In this document: positions 35,666 to 48,603 of the stretch, in pieces
Layout of the letters: each line of letters opens with the position of its first letter
Position numbering within the stretch: the stretch's first letter is position 1
Assembly: GCA_965655095.1 (NCBI GenBank)
Contig: OZ296659.1
Span: 32,054,001 to 32,118,000 of the forward strand
Direction: 5' to 3'
DNA length: 64,000 bases
Source of the DNA: Haplodiscus bocki
Taxonomy: Eukaryota
Position numbers and translations under genes: made by a program
Notes under the pieces: model-generated
Told to the model about the DNA's origin: nothing
Databases searched by the model: none
Seen by the model: only the letters and a program-made list of their open reading frames with translations

Positions 35666-36600
35666 ATGAACTTTTTAGAGCTAATTTCTCATTGCGTTGC
35701 TGGACGTCATTCTCCGAGAACAGTTAAAGAAAAACGCTGATGTAACAAAACCGGTCGAAAATGAACACTTGGTTATTGTCTAGAATAGAATAGATATGAA
35801 TCAATGTTTCTTAACCATACTAATATCAAAGTTGAAGAATGAGCTGATCTACTCAGAAAATGGGAGAAACTGCTGCTAAAGCATGTACAAAAATCTACAA
35901 AAAATGGAAAATCTTGCGAAAGCTCCAGAAATAAATGCAGAAGTTTTCATTGCCACTGTAACTCAAATCCTAAAGCACTTTTTTCTACTTTCCTTGGTGG
36001 TAGCAATTTTCATCATACTGGTAAATGACTACAACTTGGGAAAGTTACAGAGATAAATTTTGAAAGGATTTTTTGTACTCATACATGACTAGTACCAAAT
36101 TATGTCCATATGCACCACTAGAACCAATCTTAATGTTGAAGAAAATAAGGAAAGAAATTTTTTGTTGTTAAGAGCTTTAACATCTCCGTTAATGATGATA
36201 TAAACGATAACTCACTTGAAAGACAAAAACGGTACAACAGAAAATAGAGTAGGAAGTCGAGAATGTGAACTTCAAACTTGGAATCTTTTGAATTTTTAAT
36301 TTTTCCTGCTGACTTTTCTATTTCTGTTACAGTAACTGAGATTGGATTGAAAGTAAGACCACTTTCGACTGTCGTAACTTGCGGATTAACGATTAGTCAT
36401 AAAAGTTCTATATTAGTTATATTTGCATAACTACAAAAAAACAGAAAAAAATGCCATGAGAGAGCTTATTAGACTAAAATGTCTTTAGATAAATTATAGA
36501 CGAGTTCTTTCAATGTTCATCATGATTAGCAAGCACTTGTAAGAATGTCTGTGGAATGATCTTACTGTATACGGAAATGAAAACTGAAAACTGATTCTTT
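35666..36600 (+). pseudogene. Zn-ribbon/amphipathic protein and GasderminX-like membrane protein relics (family 2)
   Basis: HCVAGRHS...GYC; ..NPKA.FS....NFHHTGK.L.LGK; P.APLE and SISVTVTEIGL...P.ST..TCGL.I hydrophobic hairpin. Confidence 0.5.
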
Positions 36601-36859
36601 AGAGTTGAAGTTATGAACGTGAACTTTATTAGTCAAACTGAAACAAAAGTAAACTTAGCCAGAGGTAACGTGACTCTCTGAGCTTCACCTAGAAATTTCT
36701 CGGACGATAACCGGAAATTGATACTAGAAGTGAACGTATATTATTTCTGAGAAAGTGGACGAGGATAAGAAAGTATTTTTAAAAGCACGTAAACTTAGGC
36801 CAAAAATGGTAGTATTGCAAAAATGGGTAACCTACCATTCGTTTTAAAGTGAGAACATA

Positions 36860-37340
36860 CAAGTACTAACAGAGCCTTAATTGTTTGGCCATCTTCTTTT
36901 GGTAAATCTTACTTTCATTTAAATTTTGAAAAACGTGGTTGGTCTGCAAACCATTGACACCGCTGAAGTTAATGATAGAGATTTTTTTGAACCAGATCTC
37001 CTGAGAAGTCAGGTGGGTTTGATACTACGAATGAAGTTTTACATAATGTTGAATATACCGGTAGTGTCGCAGTTTTGGACAGTCTGTTCGATTCTAACCA
37101 AATCACCAGACTTTACAAGAGGACCCCATACTGATTTTGTTGTTTTTCATTTGTCCTTCAAACCTTTTGATTCGCGATGACGATCATTAGGAAGTAGTAG
37201 CAAAAAGAAAAGTTTTCTTCATTAAACTTTAAGTGACCTGGAATCTAAATAAGGGGTTAAAACCAGATTCGATGTGAGTTGTGACGACTTTAGGCAACTG
37301 TGTGTAGAAGTATAGAAAGCTGTTGATTTTCTTTATCTAT
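36860..37340 (+). pseudogene. A32/FtsK-like packaging ATPase relic (family 2)
   Basis: RALIVWPSSFGKSY (eroded Walker A, 36868-36912) and FTRGPH....HLS...FD (GRH motif). Confidence 0.65.
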
Positions 37341-37380
37341 AAAATGATCTATCTAAAATGAAAGGTGGGGAAAATGGTAT

Positions 37381-38330
37381 TTGAAACGAAAACAAAAAAT
37401 TGACGTGAATGCATGGCTGAAATATTTCACAAATGTACTCATTTGGACAAGGTCTGAGGGATCTGGGGATCACAAACGATTAGTGAACTTAGACCCCATT
37501 ACGTTGTTCGGTAAATATATATTGACTAGTAGTGGTGGAGACGAAATTGAAACGATTGATAAACTCATGAAGTCAGCTTGTTGAATAAAATAAAAACAAG
37601 CAGCGAAGGCTTTGATGATTTGAAAAAAATGGAATTCATCCAAATTTTTCAACTCGTGAAAAAGAATGAACTAATACACAAAACGAAACAAGTAAAGTAA
37701 ACTATCAAAAATCAAAATTGTTTATGAGACATTGTTTGATTTTGCTGAGCACCACCAAAAGACTAATCTAAAATTTTGGCATAATACAACACTAAAAAAG
37801 CAATTTCTAAGTAATAAGTCATGAATCGGGAGAAATTGAAGTTGGTAATGATGCCTTAACAGGAAGAATAGTTGGTATGCACCACATGGTACTCCAAATG
37901 CTTCTCAGCAAATTAAAACTTTAGAGTACCTTGTTTCTGGATCTGCAGCCGCTTCAACAAATGTTAGAAGCTCATGTTTCTCAAACATAGTAATTACTGA
38001 GCAAAAATTGGTTTTCGGTCTTAAGAGAAAAAATCAAATTTTATGTCCCAAGTTATGCTATTGTAAATTTGAGGCAAGGAGGGCAAGTTAACCAACGACA
38101 CCAAAAATTTGATATGTTCCAGAGGCTAAATGCTTCACAGGCTCATTATATTATAGGTACCGAACAAAAACCAGATGCAGGAAAATCTCGCGTTTTTGTT
38201 TTTGATAGATGTTCGCAAACATGTGGAGAAAAAGTCTCTTGTTTAAGACATTTCGCTAAGGATGTCATTCTTTAACCTTAAATTACACGAAAAGACTTTC
38301 ACTTCTAATGATAATCCATATAGTTTTTCT
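37381..38330 (+). pseudogene. Double-jelly-roll major capsid relic (family 2)
   Basis: RLVNLDPITLFGKYILTSSGG.EIE.I; LFDFAEHHQK; SWYAPHGTP...Q; AHYIIGTEQKPDAG; KDVIL.P. Confidence 0.7.
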
Positions 38331-41300
38331 GGTCATAGTCTGTACGGATTCGATATACGATTCCAATGAAACTTTTCTTCACCTAATCCTAATGAGGAAA
38401 TCGACTTCAAACCAGCTGTTTCTACATGTATCACCATCAAATTCACTCCGGTATGCTTTTGTGTTTGTTAAGGAAACATTATATCTCAGCAGTGATGGAC
38501 AATGACATTTGCCATACCTTAAAAGTTGCCGACGGCAACAGCTCGTTGGTTCGTGGAGCCGCGTGTTCTCGTGGAGGCTACGCGGCATTCGGTCATTTCC
38601 TTCGCATTTTTGTTATTTTTGATTGTGATGGTTCTGTTCTCTTTAGCATCGCTTCTTCCAAACGATATGGTTTTTTTAATGAAAAAATGTTATTTTGTGT
38701 TTGTATGAGACTCTACATTCATACGTATGTAATTTTGAAAATTTCACAATTTGAAACCCTAGAGAAAATGGTTTATCAGTTGTGATTTCTTTGCTTTGGT
38801 TTCTAAAGACAGAAAATGGGTCCCCACTGTTAGTATCATGTTTGTTTTTTTTTCCACAAAAGCTAAACACAGGTTGTTGTTTCACACATTTTTCCAAATC
38901 AGTTACAATTTCAATTCTTTTTCTTTCTTCTGGATTTTCCATGGTTTTTTCATATCATTCAGTTTTCGTTTTGTTAGGTGGAAACGTTCCAAAATCAGTA
39001 TCTTCGAGTTCATTAGTCAAAGTTTCTATCTATGTAATGCTCATCCGGCGGTTCTGCTCAAACCTTGTTTTTCTTCTTAGTTTTTCAATTTCCTTACCCA
39101 TTCTAACGCAGATTTTCTGAAGGACAAATTTTTTTCTTCTTATCCGACCCTTCAAATTCCCTCAGAGTTTGCAAGTACAAGGCAATATAATTTTCTTTTT
39201 TTGTGGAAAATGATACATCTACTTACCTGTATTCTGGAGAAAGTGGAGAAACTAAAGTTTTTTCAGATCATTTTGTCCAGTTCATTCAATTCTGCTTCAA
39301 CAAAAAATCAGCTTGAGAGTCACCTTTTGTTGATATTATAGTTTAAAGAAATGCAGTTTTCTCGATATCAATGTCCACAGATGATAGAAGATGTTTTAGG
39401 ATAATCCCTGTAGAAAGGTTTAATCACCAAGTTGCTTTTCCAGGTCTCCAACCCTTTCAAAAAGCATCGGGCCGTGCGCCCTGTTCTTTGACCTAGTAAT
39501 CCTTCCATAACTATAGGTTTTGGTTTTTGATTGTGGATAGTTCCTTCTTCTTGTGTACTCTCGAATAAACAACATTCAAATTTAAACCGAGCTAATATAA
39601 CACAGAAGAATGTCATTAAACATACGTTTCCATAAAATCTTCTCAAAGATATAATTTACATCTGCTGATAGACTTGTATCTGATTTACAAAAACGCATTA
39701 GAAAAATCCTTGCGAGTTTTTTCAAAATACAACTCTTCTATATTTTTTTAGTTCCTAGCAAATTCTTCCTGATTTGGTAAACCTCTTGTTATATTTGCAA
39801 AAACCTTCTGTCTGATATCTGTCAATGTTTTTCATTATTCACTATTTTCTGAAAGATTCGTAGAGATCAACTAGTTTTCTTGAAGATATTCCAATTTTTC
39901 TCCAAATGCGTTTTTGTTTTCTGTTTTATTGGAACATTTACTGTGAGAACTTCTCGTCTTAACTAAGTGCTCCAACAATAATATCAAGAGACGCTTTCCT
40001 AAAACTTTAACGATCAAAAGCTCTTACTCGTTAATCAGTAATGAATGTAAATCATTCTAATTTGATTTTGATGACTTTACAGCGGACCTAAGGTTCATTA
40101 AATGATTGATAAACAATTGTGAAAACCTGTACTTCAAATTATGGAAAGACAGTATTACAATTGTTGAACTTCTTCCTTTAGTACTTAAATGCAGTGAATA
40201 TCTGCTGTTGCCCGACGTTTTTTTGTTATAAAAGGCTGACCTCTCATAATATCAATAGCCCTTTCTGCCTCTTCCTAAACTGGATTGTTACGAAACCAAC
40301 AATATCTAAATTCAGCCTATCTAAATTTTCGTCAAAGTTTCTATCTATGTAATGCTCATCCGGCGGTTCTGCTCAAACCTTGTTTTTCTTCTTAGTTTTT
40401 CAATTTCCTTACCCATTCTAACGCAGATTTTCTGAAGGACAAATTTTTTTCTTCTTATCCGACCCTTCAAATTCCCTCAGAGTTTGCAAGTACAAGGCAA
40501 TATAATTTTCTTTTTTTGTGGAAAATGATACATCTACTTACCTGTATTCTGGAGAAAGTGGAGAAACTAAAGTTTTTTCAGATCATTTTGTCCAGTTCAT
40601 TCAATTCTGCTTCAACAAAAAATCAGCTTGAGAGTCACCTTTTGTTGATATTATAGTTTAAAGAAATGCAGTTTTCTCGATATCAATGTCCACAGATGAT
40701 AGAAGATGTTTTAGGATAATCCCTGTAGAAAGGTTTAATCACCAAGTTGCTTTTCCAGGTCTCCAACCCTTTCAAAAAGCATCGGGCCGTGCGCCCTGTT
40801 CTTTGACCTAGTAATCCTTCCATAACTATAGGTTTTGGTTTTTGATTGTGGATAGTTCCTTCTTCTTGTGTACTCTCGAATAAACAACATTCAAATTTAA
40901 ACCGAGCTAATATAACACAGAAGAATGTCATTAAACATACGTTTCCATAAAATCTTCTCAAAGATATAATTTACATCTGCTGATAGACTTGTATCTGATT
41001 TACAAAAACGCATTAGAAAAATCCTTGCGAGTTTTTTCAAAATACAACTCTTCTATATTTTTTTAGTTCCTAGCAAATTCTTCCTGATTTGGTAAACCTC
41101 TTGTTATATTTGCAAAAACCTTCTGTCTGATATCTGTCAATGTTTTTCATTATTCACTATTTTCTGAAAGATTCGTAGAGATCAACTAGTTTTCTTGAAG
41201 ATATTCCAATTTTTCTCCAAATGCGTTTTTGTTTTCTGTTTTATTGGAACATTTACTGTGAGAACTTCTCGTCTTAACTAAGTGCTCCAACAATAATATC

Positions 41301-44300
41301 AAGAGACGCTTTCCTAAAACTTTAACGATCAAAAGCTCTTACTCGTTAATCAGTAATGAATGTAAATCATTCTAATTTGATTTTGATGACTTTACAGCGG
41401 ACCTAAGGTTCATTAAATGATTGATAAACAATTGTGAAAACCTGTACTTCAAATTATGGAAAGACAGTATTACAATTGTTGAACTTCTTCCTTTAGTACT
41501 TAAATGCAGTGAATATCTGCTGTTGCCCGACGTTTTTTTGTTATAAAAGGCTGACCTCTCATAATATCAATAGCCCTTTCTGCCTCTTCCTAAACTGGAT
41601 TGTTACGAAACCAACAATATCTAAATTCAGCCTATCTAAATTTTCGTCAAAGTTTCGGTTAGTATTTTTTCAGTAGGATCCTACCATTATCTTCGTAAGA
41701 CATGCATAAATTCTTGTGTAAATGCTAATTTGTTTTCAGAAACTTTCCCATAAATTTCATCAAATGTCCCAAAATTGGACAGTATTCCTGTTTCATCCTT
41801 CATTAAAAAATCTAGTTCAGAAAAATTTTTTGTTCCTGTTCTTTTCAAATAATATCTTTTGCAGTGATTGTTGAAAGATTGGAACATCAAGGAAAAACAG
41901 AGATCTTTTGTAACCATATAATTCGAATCTAAAAGCTGAATATTTTTAAAGTTCGTAATCCATGATTTGAGCTTTAAACAAAATTTTTCGTGATTTGTTA
42001 GTTCATTATCAGTTGATTTAATGGTCAAAAAATTCTTCATAAACTAGTACAATGACTAAGTCCTATTTAGGTTTGTGAGTCTTTTACTAGATTTCAATAA
42101 ATTCTATATTGTATTAAAGGTAATATTCTCTTCTTCTCTTCTGTTATTTATCTTGTATAGTGCAAAGGTAGAAACACATGTGGAAAAGTCCCTTGTTCAA
42201 CTTTTTCAAAACAATTAACTTTTTCATCTTGAGGTTGTGTTTTACCAATAATCCATTTCCTAACTATATGGCAGCTTACAGTGTAGTAATATTTCTTTGG
42301 CAACTTTTTTTTCCAACTGGAGTGATTTTGAAATGTGTAAATGCATTGTAATACACCAAATACCACAAAACTCCTCGTTTTTGTGTTGAATTAGCGAAGC
42401 TGTTGAAAAAATTTACCGGAATTTCAACAATATTCATTACGAACTTTGTTCATATCTTTATGAAGGTCAAAACGCATAATAGCAACTTCAAGTTATAGCT
42501 AACTTCAGCAGATTAGTTCCTGTAGCATCATAATTTTTGATCAAACATAGCCTACAAAGATAATTGGAATCTGAAAAGATGTTTTATAATGCAGAAATAA
42601 TCGTAAAAAAATCTCTAACTAATTGGTTGTTATCTGTTCCTTCAGATGTTTTATCTTATTTGATGATTCTTACTTCAATGGAGGTGAAAATGATTTCAGA
42701 TGATGTCAATGTTTTGGTTGTTTTGTCTTGCTCATTGAAAAAAAGTTACGTGCTTTTTAATTTTGGATTTTTTTCAACGGTCTCGTTCTCAGGAAAACCT
42801 TATGAAGTCATGGTTGGTTTTCAAGCTCCTAAAGTGTGATTTTGTTGATTCAAGGGTAGAATTCGGGTTTTTATGTTACTTTTCATAAAAAAAGACACAA
42901 AAAGTTCAATTTGTTGGTGGTTGATTTTTGTTTGTATAGTTGCCAAAGGTCCTTTTGCCTTATGTTTTTCTGAATCTCTCATGCTTGTCTTACAAGTTAG
43001 TTATTGCAATCTTCGGATCTAATTTGTTCTTCTTGCCGACTAGGTCGTGAACAAATTAGGAGACTTATTAAATTACGTTTTCATCCGCAATAAACAAATG
43101 ATCTTCAAGTTTTTGTCTCAAATTTATTTCCGAATATCACTCATCCTGATAATTGTGGTTGTTGAAAGCTCACTCAGTTTTCAGAGATTTACTATTTGAA
43201 CCTATTTTTCTCAATGGCGTACCTAGGTGCAAGTTTTGATTTTTTTTATTTAAGCAGTTCTTTTAATTTAAACCTTGCATATTTCACAAGTTTAGTTTAT
43301 ATTTGGCTTCGGTCAATGGGAAAAAAAACACCAAGACATTTTTCAACTATCATTGTCAGTTACAAAATAACAATTCATACAAATATTCGAAAAAGAGTCA
43401 CTGGCCAACAATTATAGTTTCAAATTCTCAAGCCTTCCCAACGAAACGTTCCTGTTGAAGTCGACCAGAGTAAGGCATAAATTTTAAAAATTTTTGTTTA
43501 TATGTCATCAGTACCGACCATATTGTCGTCGACTCATCTCTAATACTGATCTGATATCTTCTTGATCTTGATGGCTTGTTTCTATGTCCAAGCAATTTTT
43601 CAACTTTAGCGATTCGAATACTGTATGAAAAACAGGGTGGGTCTGTGAGAAACTATCAGTAAACTCCTTCATATTAGGGTAATTTTGTTTAAGTTGGCTA
43701 AATACTAGCAATTTTTTGTAATTTTTCCTGAGTTTCCAGTTTTTTTGGTTTTTTTCTATAACATCAGTTCTTCTGGTATTGGAAAGAACTTTCAATTAAT
43801 TCCTTACCTGAAAATTTTTCATCTTCACTTTTTTCCCTTTTACACGGGTTGACGTCATTGAACGTCCTTGGTAGCTCTTTTCGGGAAATCTTCCTAGTAT
43901 ACGGACAGAACATATTTTTGTCTGTTCCGTATTTTTCAATTGCTGAATCAGAAAACCCCATAAAAAGTGCGGTTGCTTTTCGAAGCATTTTGTTGATTGT
44001 AGTTTATGTTTCCCTAAATTCCAACATTGAATTTTGTTTTAGTATTCTTAGTTTTGAAATTGAGTCTAAATTTTTATTTTTATTTGCTGAATTTGTTGTA
44101 AGAGTGGAGGACTCTTCTGATAAGAAACTAAAATTAGGTTCTTTTTCTTCTAATCAAAAAAATTTGAAATAAAAATGATAAAAACCGCAAAATTGTAGAA
44201 TTGTGTAATAATTCTAATTCTTAGCAAAAAAGCGAAGTTACTGGATGTAATATTAGTTGAAATAGTTTCCGAAGACATTGGCAAAGTCAACACTTGAAAT

Positions 44301-45780
44301 TTTAATCTCTGTATTGAATTTACCATAAATTAGCAGGAGCATTTGTGGTCTGAAAACCATTTCAAAATTGGCATTGGAGCTATACGGGACAAAAAGCTTC
44401 TTGTGTATGCTGTACTACTTATATTGAAGAAGAAAAAAACTGCCTCGATAATACGGTGGATAAATTGAAATCAAATTAATTTTCCTAAGTCGGAGTTTAA
44501 TGCAATTAATGTGAATTCTATGTTATATAAAGTCGACTTTACAAGCGTTTGTCAACGATAGAACCTTTCGTTAATAACAGGGAAACCTTGACAAGAGCAG
44601 TTTAACACAATTTTGAAAGGTAAAAATCGGATCCTTATTTCTTACATATGTGTAAGCAGCTCACTAAGCATTTTTCGGAACTGAATTTTTTTCATCTGTT
44701 TGACTTAAAACATCCGTGGTTAGAAACAACAGCATTAGTACATCTGAAAAATTACAATAATACATTCACCAAGTTTCTATAAGATTTTAAATTTAAATTA
44801 GGACTGTTTAATTCCTTCAATAGTATCAAAAAAAATTTGTTTTACCATTGCATTGATGACATCTATCGAAAAGTCAGTTCGCTTTGTCAGAGTTCATGCG
44901 GAGCGCACTTTCTCTAAATGGACGTTCGTTGGAACATCAATAGGCTCTTCTAAAACAGAAGTCTAATCCTTGTTAGGCCATGAAGATCAGAAATTTACAT
45001 CATACGCCTCTTGAAAAGTCGGAAAATTGTTTAACGAAAATTTTTGCTGATTTCCTGTCTCTGCCCCAAAACGTCCCCATTTTCGAGTGGAAACCTTATT
45101 TGAATCGTTTTTTTTTTCGGATCTCACAGATCAATGATGGACTAAAATCGTCTGCCTCATGTAGTTCATCATGCTCTGTATAAAAAACAGTTTAATAAAG
45201 TTTCTTAGAGATGTCAACTGTCGTTTCTCAACCTCTTTTCGTTAAGTGTTTAATAGCTCTCAAGAGTTCTTCCTAAGTTGATTTTTCGAAACATATATCA
45301 CAAACATCGCATTTTGAGAAATTCTCGAAACACTGAATGAAGTAACGGTATTTCTTTTCTAAGATTGGAGTCGTAAACGGATCCATAAATTTCACAATTG
45401 TTTTGAGTATCCTTAAGAAATTGAGCTTTTGTTTATCACAATTTTTTTCTTGTATGTTTTCAATGCACGTATTGCATGCAACTAATTTCGTATCCATTCC
45501 AAAGTGAAAAAACATAATCAGAGCAAGTTTTTATTTGTCCTGCTCAAGTGACTTGGTAGCACTGTGCTTTTCCTGTTCAGTGATTTCAAGGAGCACACTG
45601 CAGTAGTTGCGGTTGGCTTTGCAAACATGACTTTTGTTCTCATAAAGTTTTTTATTATCCTTTCACGCTTTGTTTTTTCGCCAGCTTTTAATAAAAGATA
45701 GTTTTTTAAAATGTTTTTATTCTCCAGGTACTACTAAAATATAAAATTGAGAAATTTTACGGTGGTTTTTTTAACATCTT
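38330..45780 (-). other. Decayed virus-like coding region of unknown origin (includes a possible RNA polymerase large-subunit relic and CxxC proteins)
   Basis: Intronless, fragmented, K/N/E-rich minus-strand ORFs (41687-42040, 43508-43988, 45273-45515 with CxxC pairs). RNAP-like motif near 38430-38500. Confidence 0.4.
39016..41656. repeat. Tandem duplication of a 1315-bp unit
   Basis: Identical ORFs at 39368 and 40683 (offset 1315). GTCAAAGTTTC occurs at 39016, 40331 and 41646. Confidence 0.97.
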
Positions 45781-45830
45781 AAAAAAAAACCTTGACATAA
45801 CTTCCAATAACTTTTTCCGTTCAAAAAAAT

Positions 45831-46964
45831 AGTGTATTACTGATACACGACCAATTCTCGCTTTCGCTCGAGCCAGTCATGTATCCGACAATATACGCGT
45901 TCGCTCGTTCACTGCGCTCACTCACCGGCTCGTTCGCTTCACTCACCCCGCCTCTCGTTTAAATTATTGCTCAGCTCTATCGTGCTTCGCCTTTTTTTCC
46001 CATCATATGAAAGCGTGGAAAAATGATTCAACATTTACATAAACATAGAATTAACAAAAAATACTCCACGTGCACTTTTATATCCAACCGAGACTGAAGA
46101 AAAACAACTAAGTGGACATAATATATTAAGTGTATACCAACGACGCTAGCACAATTCGATGTATATGTAAACTACATTTTCAATCTTTATTATGCCTCCT
46201 ATAACCTAGTGGTATTTGTGACATTGACTAAAGTTAAGACTATGCTTGATTGGCAGTCACATTGTTTAGGGTTTGCTGTTAGCCAACGTCCCCAGTCTTT
46301 GTCAACATCATGCACAAAAGCTATATGGAGGAACTGTCTATATCTTGATGCTTAAAAAAGTTGACTGGATCGATTGGGAACGTTACCAAGAATGGTCCCT
46401 GTAAGCTGCTCGAAAACTAGACATCAAACTTGGCCAGTGACGTTTTTGTAAAAATTATAATCTTCGACAGAGGTTGACAAAATCACAAAATGTCGACATA
46501 CTTTAAACATTTAGAGATTTTAAAATTTCAAGGTACAACAAAGAGCGATGTATCAATCGATAGCCCGTTAAAAAGAAGTTTACCCTGATAATTTCAGTCT
46601 TGTATCTATAGTAATCTTGGAGAAAATGGCAAAGTCAGTAATGTCGACATACATTAAACCTGTAGAGATTAGAAAAATTTAAGCTACAACAACGTGTGAT
46701 ATATTATTTAATTGCCCGTTAACAACTTAGTGTGCCATGAAATTTTGAACCCTGTATTTATTAACATTTTCGAGTATTTCAGAAAAAAACGTTATTCAAC
46801 GGTAAATCTGTTGAGAATAAGGTGCATTCTTTTGATATTATTCTCATTATCAAATAGAGAAATATAATTATCACATTTAAGTTGTTATATACTTAGGTAA
46901 CCTAAGACCAAATTTATTAGGAAGTTGTCTTTTCATTTAATCTAAGTTTGCTGAGAATTCTTTA
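45831..46964 (+). repeat. Left terminal inverted repeat (~1.13 kb)
   Basis: Reverse complement of 62853-63986 (about 11 mismatches in the first 100 nt, by eye). Contains ~152-bp internal subrepeats (GTCGACATA at ~46492 and ~46644). Confidence 0.95.
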
Positions 46965-46994
46965 TATAGAATAAAATAAAACTGTTTGAGTGCT

Positions 46995-47880
46995 TAATTA
47001 TCATAATTTGAATGATATTTGTTTATTCGTAATTCTTCGCACGAGTATTTTCCACAATTTGGAACATGATAATCAGATGGATCAACAGTAGTTTCATTTG
47101 TCTTCAACATTTGTTAACAATGATTGTTTTCAACAATCAATAACCTTTCCTCTTATAAAAAATTTAAAATGTTGAGTTAAAAAATAAACGTTTTCCTGAC
47201 ATTCTGCTATACTATACGGGGTTAGATTATTCCCCAGATTTGAAATAAATTTATAAACTTTATCATAAGTTAGAAAAGAACAAATCATATCCCCACCGAG
47301 ATAAAAATACCTGCGTTTATCTTTTTCTTCCATTATTTTAAGTAAAATTGTATTCCCATCACGTACAGATTTATCAAATGCTCCTGACATTAACGTCTAA
47401 TCACAAATTTCACTTTTACCTACAATTATTTCCAAATGTTTCCCACAGAAAATAATATTTTTTGGTTTGATATAACTTTATGTTTTTGTAATTCAATACA
47501 CCCAAAATTCTAAAAAGTTACTCCACAACATCTAGTGTTTTATTCCGTTAAATATTTAACAGTCAATTATATGGAAAAAGAATTACATAATCATAATTAT
47601 CTACTTTCTTAATATTTTTTTCTACTAATTTTCATTTTTATTTTCATATGTATATCTACTATTGTAGTACCCCTTATATTGTCTATTTCTCTAAAAATAA
47701 CAATCTGAAGCAAAGTGTCATATCCTTTTTTCGATTGATAATTATATGGTTATTTAGCCTATTTATCTAAAATATATTTTGTTCTTATTTGTAATTGTGG
47801 ATCTTTTTGAATTACTTTTACAAAATCATGCAAATATACGTATTCATATTGATAAAAACGAGATCTCAGAAAAATCATTT
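46995..47880 (-). pseudogene. Uncharacterised protein resembling a giant-virus (Mimiviridae-type) hypothetical family
   Basis: IIVGKSEIC..TLMSGAFDK...DGNTILLKI...Y.Y.GG...SF.T.DK.YKFISNLGNNLTPYSIA..QENVYFL. Confidence 0.5.
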
Positions 47881-47888
47881 CAAATAAT

Positions 47889-48603
47889 CTCTTCTAAATA
47901 AATATAGAATGGAAATCTAGAAGCTATTTATTGTGAAGATGATGGGGAAAATAGAGTATACTATGATATTCGTGATAAAATATGTATGAAACAATTTTGA
48001 AAAAATCATCTTGAATCACAAAACCATACTAAAAAAACTCGTTAAAAAATCTTTAAAAAAAATTCGAGTTAATATTGTGTTGTTTGTGATAAAACAATTA
48101 TTCTGGAGTCAAAATATAGTCATTTGAAATCTATAACTTACATTCAAAATGAAAAAAGTTTTCGACTTAATCATACTATTAAAAAACTTAATTTCCTTGA
48201 TGTGGATAGAAAACTTGATCATTGTATCACTAATAACAATGAAAAACTTGAACTATAACTTGTTAGAGTTGATTTTGAATTAGATTTTTATAAATTCACT
48301 CCTAAAATTCAAACATATTTTCATTAAAACTTTCAATTTTTAACTTAAAACAATGTATTTTATATTGGATTGACCATTTTGTTGAGGGAGGATATAATTT
48401 TTTTCAAAAAAGTGAAATGAACTTTAAAACAATTTCTGATTTAAGAAAATGAGTTAAAAATATTATATGAAACAACCAAAGCATATGGTAAAAATTAAGC
48501 TGAATCAGATATCAGCTAGACAACCACATTTGATTAACACTCTAAACAGAAATGTTTCCCATCCTCCTATCAGAAAAATTTCTCATACACCATTTAATAA
48601 TTA
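47889..48603 (+). pseudogene. Small C2H2-type zinc-finger proteins
   Basis: ...KNHLESQNH and YCVVCDKTI..ESKYSHLKS motifs; interrupted frames. Confidence 0.5.

Larger units (their letters stand above)
31500..38330 (+). mobile_element. Highly eroded Polinton/Maverick relic (family 2); no TIRs seen
   Basis: Colinear remnants of pPolB, integrase, minor capsid, Zn-ribbon/amphipathic protein, membrane protein, packaging ATPase and major capsid. Confidence 0.75.

Noticed and set aside
45895-45950. Endogenous AAV/parvovirus ITR
   Set aside because: No Rep/NS1 or parvoviral capsid nearby. The GCTC repeats are part of the Polinton TIR and are reported there.
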